The notes under the pieces were generated by a model, which made no database searches, had not been told where the DNA came from, and was given only the letters and a program-made list of their open reading frames with translations. Position numbers and translations under genes: made by a program. From the NCBI GenBank assembly GCA_945906755.1, contig CAMDRJ010000002.1, forward strand, positions 1-59,131: DNA of 59,131 nt, in the 5' to 3' direction. Positions within the stretch are counted from its first letter, which is position 1; the number at the start of each line of letters is the position of its first letter. Below, one piece after another: positions 19,637 to 29,076 of the stretch. This stretch comes from Klebsiella pneumoniae. GTDB taxonomy: Bacteria; Pseudomonadota; Gammaproteobacteria; Burkholderiales; SG8-39.

Positions 19637-20596
19637 ATGCGCGTTTTGATGCAAGCGGCAGCCGCCATGCTGTCGCTGTTGCTGGCGCACGGCGCGAGCG
19701 GTCAGGCCTATCCGCAAAGACCGGTGCGCTTCATTGTTCCGGGCGCGGCGGGTGGGCCGACCGATGTGCCGGCGCGCTTGGTGGCCGAAGGATTGTCGGC
19801 GTTAACCGGTCAGCGTTTCGTCGTCGAAAACCGCATCGGGGCGGGTGGCATCATCGCGGGTGAAACCGTGGCGCGCGCCGAGCCCAATGGCTACACCTTG
19901 CTCTATGGCAATTCGAGCTTGTACGCGATCAATCAGGCGCTGTTTGAGAAGATGCCCTACGACCCGGTCACATCGTTTGTGATGATCGGCATGGCGACCA
20001 ACTCGCCGCAACTGCTGGTGGCCAATCCGAAGCTGCCGTATCAGACGATCAAAGAGTTTCTCGATTACGCGAAAGCCAATCCCGGCAAGGTCAATTTCGC
20101 ATCGGGTGGGACAGCCACGCTGCCGCACCTCACCTATGAATTGATGCGGCTCACTACTGGCTTACAGGCGCTGCATGTGCCCTACAAAGGTGGCGCACCG
20201 GCTGCCACTGCGGTGATCGCGGGTGAGGCCGACGTATTGTTTGATCTCATCCGCACGCGCGTGCAATCCGGCGAGCTGCGGGCGCTGGCGATCACCGGTA
20301 AATCGCGCGATCCGGATCTGCCTACGGTGCCGACGATGGCGGAAATCGGTTATCCGGAGATGACGTCCACCTCCTGGACCGGCATCGCTGGCCCGGTCGG
20401 TACGCCGAAAGAAATCGTTCTGTATCTCAACACCAAGATCAATGAACTCATTGCGCAGCCCGATTTCCGAACCAAGGCGAGGGTGATCGGCATTGTTCCG
20501 CAAGGCGGCACGCCCGAAGAGTTCGCCGCGCATGCGAGCGCCGAGCGGCTGAAATGGGCGCGCGTCGTCAAAGAATCGGGCGCAAAGGCCAACTGA
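19637..20596 (+). CDS. Bug/TctC-family (tripartite tricarboxylate transporter) substrate-binding protein
   Basis: Signal peptide followed by YPQRPVRFIVPGAAGGPTDVPAR..ENRIGAGG..PNGYTLL, the hallmark Bug N-terminal pattern. The start is 3 nt after the upstream stop. Confidence 0.9.
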   Translation: MRVLMQAAAAMLSLLLAHGASGQAYPQRPVRFIVPGAAGGPTDVPARLVAEGLSALTGQRFVVENRIGAGGIIAGETVARAEPNGYTLLYGNSSLYAINQALFEKMPYDPVTSFVMIGMATNSPQLLVANPKLPYQTIKEFLDYAKANPGKVNFASGGTATLPHLTYELMRLTTGLQALHVPYKGGAPAATAVIAGEADVLFDLIRTRVQSGELRALAITGKSRDPDLPTVPTMAEIGYPEMTSTSWTGIAGPVGTPKEIVLYLNTKINELIAQPDFRTKARVIGIVPQGGTPEEFAAHASAERLKWARVVKESGAKAN

Positions 20597-20597
20597 C

Positions 20598-21584
20598 ATG
20601 GCGCAGTTGGTTGCTGCATTCGGGTCTTCGCATAGCGTGATGCTGCCTGCCACGTTGGAGGACTGGCTGACCCGCTTTCGCGAAGCCGACAAGCGCCTGC
20701 CGTTTTTCGATCGCGAAGGCAAACGAATCACATTCGATGAAGTATTGGCGCGAGCGCCGACCAATGCCGAGGCGCTCATTACGCCTGCGGCGATCACCGC
20801 GCGATTCAATGATGTACAGCAGGCGATGGCAAGACTGAAAAGCGAGATCGAGGCGGCGAAGCTCGATGCTCTGGTGATCGTGGGGGATGACCAATACGAA
20901 CTCTTTCACGATCGATTGATGCCTGCGATCAGCATTTATTACGGCGGCACGATTCGCAATGCCGTGCGCAAACCGGTGGCCGAGGGTGATTGGTACCGGC
21001 GTGCGCAGATGCGACGATACGAAGAAAGCGCTGATGTTCATTATCCGTGCCACGCGTCGCTCGCCTTGCATTTGATCGAGGGCCTCACGGAACGTGAGTT
21101 CGATGTGACCGCGCTCGCAAGCCTCGCCGATGATCAGCATGAAGGCCATGCGTATTCGTTCATTCATCGCTGGTATTTGCAGGACCAAGGCGTGCCGATT
21201 GTTCCGGTGTTCATGAACACCTACAACCCGCCCAATCCGCCGACGCCCAAGCGATGCGCCCGCTTCGGTGCGGAGCTGCAATCGCTCATCGCGGAATTTC
21301 CGGGCGACCTGCGGGTTGGCATCCTCGCCTCCGGCGGGCTGTCGCATTTCGTCGTCGAGGAAGAAATGGACCGCGCAATTCTTGCCGCACTGGAGCGTAA
21401 GGACATCGAGTATCTCGCCGGCCTCGATCCGCGCAGGCTTAAGGCGGGCAGCTCGGAAATTCGCAACTGGATAGTCATCGCGGCGGCGGCCATGGATCTC
21501 GATTTGTACTGGTCGTCCTATACGCCCGGCTACCGGACGCCCGCGCTGACCGGAACGGGGCTTGCATTCGCCGCCTGGCGATAA
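20598..21584 (+). CDS. Class III extradiol ring-cleavage dioxygenase (LigB family)
   Basis: 328 aa. GSSHS near the N-terminus, VIVGDDQYE, and SGGLSHF near the C-terminus. No LigA-like small subunit gene is adjacent. Confidence 0.75.
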   Translation: MAQLVAAFGSSHSVMLPATLEDWLTRFREADKRLPFFDREGKRITFDEVLARAPTNAEALITPAAITARFNDVQQAMARLKSEIEAAKLDALVIVGDDQYELFHDRLMPAISIYYGGTIRNAVRKPVAEGDWYRRAQMRRYEESADVHYPCHASLALHLIEGLTEREFDVTALASLADDQHEGHAYSFIHRWYLQDQGVPIVPVFMNTYNPPNPPTPKRCARFGAELQSLIAEFPGDLRVGILASGGLSHFVVEEEMDRAILAALERKDIEYLAGLDPRRLKAGSSEIRNWIVIAAAAMDLDLYWSSYTPGYRTPALTGTGLAFAAWR

Positions 21585-21613
21585 TCGATGTTGCCGTAAC
21601 CAAGGAGTTCCGC

Positions 21614-22750
21614 ATGTCTAACCCCCCGTATCGCGCTGATCAAGTCGGCAGCCTGCTGCGCGATCCCGAATTGAAAGCAGCGCATGAGCAATCATTGGCC
21701 GGTCAGTACGATCCGGTCGCGCTGCGTGCCTTGCAGGATCGCTGTATTCGCGATGTGATTCGGCTGCAGGAATCGATCGGCTTTCATGCGATTACCGATG
21801 GTGAATTCCGTCGTTCTTCCTTCTCGGGCGATTTCATCGAGAAGCTGGATGGCGCAAAAACGCCCGGGCATCTGGCCGTGCCGAACACCGCAAGCGGCGA
21901 TAAAGAACGTACGGCTGCGCCGGGCAAGCGCTTCGCGCCGCGCGCATTCACCGTGTCGAGCAAGTTGCGCCACTCGCAGCCGATCGAAGTCGAGAGCTTC
22001 AAGTTCGTGAAGGCGAACACGACGCGCACCGCTAAGCAGGCCATGCCATCGCCAACGATGCTGCTACGTGGTGGGCGTGGTTCGGTGAGTGTCGCGGTGT
22101 ATCCCGATCTCGCTGAATTCCACGACGACATCGCGCGGGTCTACATCGAAGAACTGCGGCAATTGGGCGCGGCGGGCTGCACCTATGTGCAAATGGATGA
22201 CACCAACTACGCGTATCTCTGCGATGCACAGTTGCGCGAGGTGTTTCGGCAGTGGGGCGATGATCCGAAGGATATGCCCGATCGATTTGCGGCGCTGATC
22301 AATAAAATCATCGCGGGCAAGCCGGCCGGCATGACGGTGGGTATTCATCTTTGCCGCGGCAATTCATCCGGACAATGGGCGGCCGAAGGTGCTTACGAAC
22401 CGATCGCCGACAAGCTTTTCAATCAACTCGATGTCGACGGATTCTTTCTCGAATACGACGACGAGCGATCGGGAGGTTTTGAGCCATTGCGGTTTTTTCC
22501 GAAGCGCACCAATAAGCGGATCGTGCTTGGCCTTGTCAGCACTAAATCAACGGTGGTGGAAACGAAGGATGCACTGAAGCGTCGCATCGAGCAGGCGGCG
22601 AAATACGTGCCGCTTGAGAAGCTCTGTTTGAGCCCGCAGTGCGGATTTGCGAGCACGTACCGCGGCAATCCGCTGACGCAGGAGATGCAACGCCGCAAGC
22701 TCGAACTCGTCGTCGAAACGGCGATCGATGTCTGGGGCACCGCGAAATAG
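21614..22750 (+). CDS. Cobalamin-independent methionine synthase (MetE) C-terminal-domain-only homolog
   Basis: 378 aa. N-terminus PYRADQVGSLLR. Candidate Zn ligands IHLCRGN, FFLEYDDE and SPQCGF. AAGGAG lies upstream of the ATG. Confidence 0.8.
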   Translation: MSNPPYRADQVGSLLRDPELKAAHEQSLAGQYDPVALRALQDRCIRDVIRLQESIGFHAITDGEFRRSSFSGDFIEKLDGAKTPGHLAVPNTASGDKERTAAPGKRFAPRAFTVSSKLRHSQPIEVESFKFVKANTTRTAKQAMPSPTMLLRGGRGSVSVAVYPDLAEFHDDIARVYIEELRQLGAAGCTYVQMDDTNYAYLCDAQLREVFRQWGDDPKDMPDRFAALINKIIAGKPAGMTVGIHLCRGNSSGQWAAEGAYEPIADKLFNQLDVDGFFLEYDDERSGGFEPLRFFPKRTNKRIVLGLVSTKSTVVETKDALKRRIEQAAKYVPLEKLCLSPQCGFASTYRGNPLTQEMQRRKLELVVETAIDVWGTAK

Positions 22751-22867
22751 CTTTCGCGGGCTGTGTCCTTGGTGAATTACGCCCGTCACTCCCGCCCCCG
22801 ATTAAAGCCTTCGAGGGCAGGCTCCAGCGTGGGCCCAGAATTCTTCCGCGTGTGGATTCAAGCGCAC

Positions 22868-22895
22868 ACTGGATTCCCGCCTGCGCGGGAATGAC
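22868..22895 (-). repeat. REP-like element, family 1 (GTCATTCCCGCGNAGGCGGGAATCCAGT)
   Basis: The reverse complement matches 54827-54854 at 27 of 28 positions. Contains the internal palindrome ATTCCCGC/GCGGGAAT. Lies between convergent genes. Confidence 0.85.
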
Positions 22896-22931
22896 GACTC
22901 TGGGCGCATTCGCGCGAATAGCAATGAACTG

Positions 22932-23987
22932 CTATGCGAACGCCGGCATCACCTTGTCGGCGAACATATTGAGCGTGCGGAACGCGTCGTCATCGTTCGA
23001 CCCGCCGAAGTTGATCTGCATCGAGGCCTCGATCTCGCCGAATGACTCGGTGAGACGGTGAATTTGATCGATCACTTGGCTCGGCGAACCGACGAACGCC
23101 GCATTGTTCGCGATGATCGTATCGGGCTTGGTGGCAAGAATGCTCGCGACCATTTTGTCGTAGCCGACGTATTGGGCTGACGACTTGCCTTGCCATGAGG
23201 TGACCGCGTCGGCAAACGTCTCGAGATAACGGTTCATGATTTTCTCAAAGCCCGCGCGTGCGACCGGATAGGAATCGGCCATGCAGCAGAACTGCGCGAC
23301 CTGCACTTTCTCTTTGCCGGCGCCATGACCCGACTCGGCCCACACGCGCCGATAGGTCTTGACGAAGGCTTCCAGCGCACCCGGTTTGCCTGCGTACGGG
23401 ACGATCATGATGTTGAAGCCGTTCTTGGCGGCGTAGATGAACGATTCTTCGGAGGAAATCGCTGCGATCCAAACGGGTGGAGTGGGTTTTTGCACAACCC
23501 GGGGCATCAGGTGAACATCCTCAAGCTGCCAATGTTTGCCTTTATAGGTGACGCTTTCTTCGGTCCACAGCTTGCGAATGATCGCGATGCCCTCCTCGAA
23601 GCGACTGCGGCTTTCTTCCATCGATACACCGAACACTTCGAATTCCTTTGGCAAAAAGGCGCGTCCAAAGCCTGCATCGAGCCGGCCGTTGCTCATGTTG
23701 TCGAGCATCGCCAGATCACCGCCTAAGTGGGCAGGATGGTGAAACGCCGGAATGACCGCACCGGTAATCAACCGAATGCGCTTGGTGCGGGCCGCGATCG
23801 CGGAGAGAAACACGCAGGGATTGGGCGAATGACCGCCGTAATCGTAGAACGAATGCTCGACCGTTTTGATGCTGTTGAAGCCAAGCAGGTCCGCCCGCTC
23901 GGCAAGACGCAGGCATTGGTCGTAGTACTTGGCTGTCGTGTTATCAGCCGGACGAAACGCGGGGAAGAAATTGATGCCGAACTTCAT
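22932..23987 (-). CDS. LLM-class (luciferase-like) flavin-dependent oxidoreductase
   Basis: 351 aa. MKFGINFFP N-terminus, VEHSF, NGRLDAGFGRAF and other typical bacterial luciferase-family blocks. Confidence 0.85.
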   Translation of the reverse strand: MKFGINFFPAFRPADNTTAKYYDQCLRLAERADLLGFNSIKTVEHSFYDYGGHSPNPCVFLSAIAARTKRIRLITGAVIPAFHHPAHLGGDLAMLDNMSNGRLDAGFGRAFLPKEFEVFGVSMEESRSRFEEGIAIIRKLWTEESVTYKGKHWQLEDVHLMPRVVQKPTPPVWIAAISSEESFIYAAKNGFNIMIVPYAGKPGALEAFVKTYRRVWAESGHGAGKEKVQVAQFCCMADSYPVARAGFEKIMNRYLETFADAVTSWQGKSSAQYVGYDKMVASILATKPDTIIANNAAFVGSPSQVIDQIHRLTESFGEIEASMQINFGGSNDDDAFRTLNMFADKVMPAFA

Positions 23988-24227
23988 GGGCGGCCCTGTG
24001 ATCGTGAATCGCCAGGAAGGGGGAAGGGGGCCCTGGCCGATGCTCGATTTTAACCACAGAGAGGCAAATCATTCTGACGGCAGGTTAAATCCCTGCATGA
24101 TCAAGTGCGGCCGCCAGATTGCGCTGGGGCGTCAGAGGGTGCGCGATGGACGCAGCGCGGGGGACCTCACTTGGCGCGAAGTCCCCCAACTTCGCGAGGG
24201 CAGCGTGCGCCCCGCTCTAGTGATGCT

Positions 24228-24617
24228 TTAGTTCGGCTTGGCGCCCTTCGCGGCGCTCGCGCCGGCCGCTTGTTCGCGTCGAGCGACTGCGACCGCTGCA
24301 ATAACGCGGCCAATCTGCTGGTGAAAGTTGGCGAGCGTGTCGTAGTTCATCACCACGCGCGACGCTAGCCGACCATTGACCGGATTCGGCGCTTTCTTGC
24401 CCGATCGCGTGAGGCGGGTAACGGCTTGGATGGTCGCCGGATCCAGAAATCCAAAATCCACCACTGCCATGCCTGCGCCTGGGCTTACGTTCGTGAAGTT
24501 CGTAAACACCGGCATGTCTGATGAACCGGACGGATTGAGCTGAATCGCCATTTGCGGTTGCTTGGCGGTGTCGGCTTCAGCTTCTGTGGTGGCAGCGGTG
24601 GCAGTCTTGGTGCTCAT
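24228..24617 (-). CDS. Small hypothetical protein, DUF3467-like
   Basis: 129 aa. Ala/Thr-rich N-terminus followed by FTNFTNVSPGAGMAVVDFGF...SRVVMNYDTLANFHQQI, which resembles the DUF3467 pattern from memory. Confidence 0.55.
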   Translation of the reverse strand: MSTKTATAATTEAEADTAKQPQMAIQLNPSGSSDMPVFTNFTNVSPGAGMAVVDFGFLDPATIQAVTRLTRSGKKAPNPVNGRLASRVVMNYDTLANFHQQIGRVIAAVAVARREQAAGASAAKGAKPN

Positions 24618-24975
24618 GATGGTCAGAGGTCCTTTTTTGTCATTGACGGCGGCGAGTGAAACGAGATGTCACCGCGAAGAGCAATGTTAGAGTCGAACTG
24701 TCGTCACACCGCGCGCAACCTTTTGAAAATGCGAACTTCTCCACGGACCCTCTGCCGTTGCAGCGCATCGTGTCGGTGTTGATCAACGCGTGGATGATGA
24801 TGCGCGCACCGGCTGATCGCGATCTATTCGCGAAGGGTATCAAGACGACGATGTGCGAGCGATTCACCCTGCGGATCGCTTTTGAGAAATGGCGTACGCT
24901 CGTGTTGCTGTGGGCTTGCCGCAAAAAGCGCGCGCGGGATCGACCCCGCGCCTGATAAGACGCAGGGGGAGATCA

Positions 24976-26379
24976 ATGCCAACTGTCGAGTTACCCGTCT
25001 GGCTAGTCGTCGTCGTTGGGCTGCTCGCGATCTGGGCGCTGCTCGAGCGCCTGCTGCTGCCCTCGGTTCGCTGGCTCATCCGCAGCCGTGCCCAAAAAGT
25101 CATCGATGAAGTCGGTGCGCGACTGTCGATTCAAATCCGTCCGTTTCAGCAGACCAATCGCCGCGCACTGATCGATCGCCTCATCTTCGATGACAAGGTG
25201 CAGCATGCGATGCAAAGCTAAGCGCGCGAACACCATATGCCGCGCGAAGTGGCGCTTGACCAGGTGCGCCGCTATGCGCGCGAGATCGTCCCGGCGTTCA
25301 ATGCGTACATCTACTTTCGCATCGGCTATTGGCTTGCCAAGAAGATCTCGCGGTCGATCTATCGTGTGCGCATCGGCTATACCGACGATGCGGGGCTCGC
25401 GAGCGTCCCGGAAAACGCGACCGTGGTGTTCGTGATGAATCATCGTAGCAACATGGACTACATCCTCGCTTCCTACCTCGCGGCGGAGAAGGCGGCGCTC
25501 TCGTATGCGGTGGGGGAGTGGGCGCGCATCTGGCCGCTGCAGCAACTCATCCGTTCGATGGGTGCGTATTTTGTGCGGCGGAACTCCAAAGACGATTTGT
25601 ACCGGCGCGTACTCGAACGCTATATCAGCATGGCCACCGAAGCAGGCGTAACCCAAGCGATGTATCCGGAAGGCGGTTTATCGCGCGACGGTCGCATGCG
25701 CGAGCCGCGCTTTGGCGTGCTCGACTACATGCTGCGCGGCTTTCACTTGCACGGCGATCGCGATCTGATTTTCGTGCCGGTCGGCCTCAACTACGACCGC
25801 ACCTTGGAAGACCGCACCTTGCTCCTCGCGGCCGAGCCCGGTACGCACCGTCCCGGCGTTGTTCGTGCTCTCGTCAACACGATGAAGTTTGTCGGTAACC
25901 AACTCTGGTTGCTGATGCGCAGCCGCTGGCATCGATTTGGCTATGCGTGTGTGAACTTCGGAACGCCGGTCTCGGTGAGACACTATTGCGATGCACGCGG
26001 CATCGCTTTCGCGCAACTCGATCGCGAAGCGCGCCTGCGTGAAGTATCCAGCCTCGGCCAGCATTTGATGGGTGAGATCGGCAAACTCATTCCGGTGTTG
26101 CCGGTGCCGTTGGTTGCTACGGTGTTGCTTGAGCGCGCCGGCACGCCGATCAGCGAATTCGAGTTGAAATCGTCGGTCGCGGCGCTGGTGAAGCGCCTGG
26201 AAGCAAGCGGTGCACGCATTTACCTGCCGCGTAGCGATTGGGACTATGCGGTGACCGCGGGTCTGCGCATGCTCACCGAGCGGCGCCTCGTGATGATCCA
26301 GGACGGCTTATTTGTCGCACGCGAGAACGAGCTACCGCTCGTACGGTACTATGCGAACGCGATTGCCCATTTGATCTGA
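24976..26379 (+). pseudogene. PlsB/GPAT-like acyltransferase interrupted by an in-frame TAA at 25219-25221
   Basis: ORFs 24976-25221 and 25237-26379 are in the same frame. The reading is ...QHAMQS*AREHHMPREVAL.... The downstream part carries acyltransferase motifs NHRSNMD, GAYFVRR and YPEGGLSRDG. The upstream part is an N-terminal membrane anchor. Confidence 0.65.
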
Positions 26380-26384
26380 GCCCA

Positions 26385-26684
26385 ATGCACCGAATTCTTT
26401 TCTCGCTGATCGTCGCGCTCGTGCTGAGCCCGATTGGCGCGATGGCGCATGCCAATCAGCACTTCGATTCCGGCCATGGCGATCCGTTTCACGCCAACCA
26501 TGAAGCGGGTGTGCCCTGCGGGCTGTGCGCCGCGTTTGTCACGCTGGAGCAAGCCGCCCCCGGTTCGCAAGCACAGCCATTGCAAGTTGGGAACGCGGTG
26601 CCCCCAGCGCTCGAAGCGTTGCAGGGCATTGTGGTTCGATCCTTCTTCTATTTCTTTCAGCGCACGCCACCGGCCTTCCTTTGA
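26385..26684 (+). CDS. Small exported His/Cys-rich protein, DUF2946-like
   Basis: Start trimmed to MHRILFSLIVALVLSPIGAMA (signal peptide). His-rich run HANQHFDSGHGDPFHANHE followed by a CGLC motif. Confidence 0.55.
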   Translation: MHRILFSLIVALVLSPIGAMAHANQHFDSGHGDPFHANHEAGVPCGLCAAFVTLEQAAPGSQAQPLQVGNAVPPALEALQGIVVRSFFYFFQRTPPAFL

Positions 26685-26748
26685 ACCACTGACGTTGACG
26701 CCCTGCCATGCAGGGTATTGAGCACGCACGTTCAAATGGAGGCTTTCG

Positions 26749-28167
26749 ATGGCCAAGATTCATGCGGTCGTCATGTCGGCCGCGCTCGCAACGATCATGG
26801 CGCATGGCGCCTACGGTCAGTCGCAGGATGCGTTGACCGAAATTCGCAAACAGATTCAATCCCTCAAGGAAGAGTACGAATCGCGTATTCAGGGACTGGA
26901 ACGGCGGCTTGCCGCTGCCGAGGCAAAGAGCGCGCAAGATGCGCGCGCGGCGAATCCTGCGCGTGACGACATCGTTCGGTCGCAACCGGGCGACTCAAGC
27001 GCGTCGCGACAGGATCGCGAGAACGCGTTCAATCCGGCCATCTCGCTGATCATGCAGGGGCGGAACGCCAACCTCTCACGCGACCCGAATACCTATCGGA
27101 TCGGTGGGTTCATGCCCGCCGGTGTCGAGGGGCCGGGCCCACGTGGATTGAGTCTGGCCGAGACCGAGCTTGCGATCAGCGCCGCGGTGGATCACAACTT
27201 TTCCGGTCATTTCGTCGGCGCCCTCGCGCCCGAGGGTGGCGTCGAAGTCGAGAACGCCTACTTTCAGACGTCGTCACTTGGCCGTGGCGTCACGCTGAAG
27301 GGCGGTCGCTATTTCTCGGAGATCGGCTATCTCAACAAGCAGCATCAGCATTCATGGGACTTCATCGACGCACCGCTCCCCTACCGGGCATTCCTCGGCG
27401 GTCAACTTGGCAACGATGGTGTGCAGTTGAACTGGGTGGTCCCGGCTGATCTGCTGGTCGCGTTCGGCGCCGAGGTGGCCAATGGCCGATCGTTCCCTGG
27501 CGGGGACCACAAGCGCAATGCGCCGCGCCTTGCTGCTGTCTTTGGTCATGTCGGCGGCGATCTAGGTATGAGCCATAGTTGGCGTACCGGGCTCTCCTAT
27601 CTGCACGCATCGTCCGATGAGCGGCGTTACCAGGATCTCAGCAGCACGGGCGTTGGCGTGACGAACAGCTTCGCCGGACGGAGCAAATTGTGGATCGCGG
27701 ATTTTGTTTGGAAGTGGGCGCCTGAGGGCAACGCGACGCAACGCAGTCTTAAACTTCAGGCCGAGTACTTTCTGCGCGACGAAGACGGCCGCCTGACCTT
27801 CGATACCGACGCCGCCGTGGGCGGGCCATTGCCAGGTGCGTATGCAGCACGTCAGCGCGGCTGGTACGCGCAAGCCACCTATCAGTTCATGCCGCGCTGG
27901 CGGCTTGGCATGCGCTACGATCGTCTGGAGAGCGGTGTGGCGCGCATCGAACAGATCGCCAATGGCACGCTTGCCGCCGCCGACTTCCCGGCGCTTGCGT
28001 CGTACCGGCCGTCGATCGCGACCGCCATGATCGACTGGTCCTCAAGTGAATTCAGCAGGCTGCGCTTGCAATATGCGCGCGATCGATCGCGTCCGGATGC
28101 CATCGATCATCAGATTTTCCTGCAATACATCATGAGCTTTGGCGCCCACGGCGCCCACGCTTGGTAG
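26749..28167 (+). CDS. Outer-membrane beta-barrel protein (porin-like, possibly OprO/P-type) with an N-terminal coiled coil
   Basis: Signal peptide ending AYGQ. Heptad-like EIRKQIQSLKEEYESRIQGLERRLAAAEAK. Alternating beta-strand-like C-terminal region that ends in an aromatic residue (HAW). Confidence 0.6.
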   Translation: MAKIHAVVMSAALATIMAHGAYGQSQDALTEIRKQIQSLKEEYESRIQGLERRLAAAEAKSAQDARAANPARDDIVRSQPGDSSASRQDRENAFNPAISLIMQGRNANLSRDPNTYRIGGFMPAGVEGPGPRGLSLAETELAISAAVDHNFSGHFVGALAPEGGVEVENAYFQTSSLGRGVTLKGGRYFSEIGYLNKQHQHSWDFIDAPLPYRAFLGGQLGNDGVQLNWVVPADLLVAFGAEVANGRSFPGGDHKRNAPRLAAVFGHVGGDLGMSHSWRTGLSYLHASSDERRYQDLSSTGVGVTNSFAGRSKLWIADFVWKWAPEGNATQRSLKLQAEYFLRDEDGRLTFDTDAAVGGPLPGAYAARQRGWYAQATYQFMPRWRLGMRYDRLESGVARIEQIANGTLAAADFPALASYRPSIATAMIDWSSSEFSRLRLQYARDRSRPDAIDHQIFLQYIMSFGAHGAHAW

Positions 28168-28176
28168 GGGCGGAAC

Positions 28177-29076
28177 ATGTTTGCTCGATTCTGCATGATC
28201 CTTGTTGCGCTCACTGTCGCGCAACCCGGCAATGCCGCGATTGAAGTGTTTGCCTGCGAACCGGAGTGGGGCGCGCTCGTCACCGAATTGGCTGGTGACA
28301 AAGCGAAGGTGTACGTGGCGACCACCGCCGCGCAGAACGTCCATCACATTCAGGCGCGGCCAAGCCTCATCGCCGCCGTGCGCCGCGCCAATCTCGTGGT
28401 GTGCACCGGCGCGGACTTGGAGGCCGGGTGGCTGCCGATCCTGATCCGCGAGTCGGGGAATGCGACGATTCAGCGCGGTCGGCCAGGCTATTTCGAGGCG
28501 GCGCGATACGTAGCCATGATGGACATCCCAACACGCCTTGATCGCAGCGACGGCGACGTGCACGCCATGGGCAATCCGCATGTGCACACCGATCCTCGCA
28601 ATCTGCCGCCGATCGCGGCGGCGCTCTCCAATCAGCTGGCGATCCTCGACGCCGGCAATGCCGCGATGTACGGTGAGCGGTTGGAGAATTTCACCAATCG
28701 CTGGCGCGACGCGCTCGCCAAGTGGGAACAGAAGGCCGCATCACTGCGTGGTATCGCCGTCGTCGAGCATCACCGCTCGTTTAGCTATCTATTCAATTGG
28801 GCGGGGATCAGAGTGGTGGGCTATCTGGAACCCAAACCCGGCGTGGAGCCCTCGACCGGCCACCTCGCATCGCTTCTCGAACGGCAGAAGACCGACCGGG
28901 CACGGCTCATTGTGCGTGCCTCGTTCAACGATCCGCGCGCATCGCAATGGTTCGCCGAACGCGCCAAAATTCCGGCGATCGTTCTGCCGTATTCGGTGGG
29001 TGGCAATGCCTCCTCGAAGGATCTGTTTACCTGGTTCGACAGCATGATTGACCTTCTTGTCGCGGCCAGCCAATGA
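28177..29076 (+). CDS. Metal (Zn/Mn-type) ABC transporter substrate-binding protein, ZnuA/TroA family
   Basis: 299 aa with a signal peptide. His-containing blocks NVHHIQARP and GNPHVHTDP. ATGA overlap with the downstream permease gene. Confidence 0.8.
   Translation: MFARFCMILVALTVAQPGNAAIEVFACEPEWGALVTELAGDKAKVYVATTAAQNVHHIQARPSLIAAVRRANLVVCTGADLEAGWLPILIRESGNATIQRGRPGYFEAARYVAMMDIPTRLDRSDGDVHAMGNPHVHTDPRNLPPIAAALSNQLAILDAGNAAMYGERLENFTNRWRDALAKWEQKAASLRGIAVVEHHRSFSYLFNWAGIRVVGYLEPKPGVEPSTGHLASLLERQKTDRARLIVRASFNDPRASQWFAERAKIPAIVLPYSVGGNASSKDLFTWFDSMIDLLVAASQ

Noticed and set aside
25219-25221. Recoding (selenocysteine or pyrrolysine) at the in-frame stop of the PlsB-like gene. The same idea was considered for the TAG at 50800-50802 in the Bug remnant.
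   Set aside because: The PlsB-like stop is TAA, which is not a known recoding codon. The Bug TAG sits in a gene that is also truncated, and nothing in the window suggests Pyl machinery.
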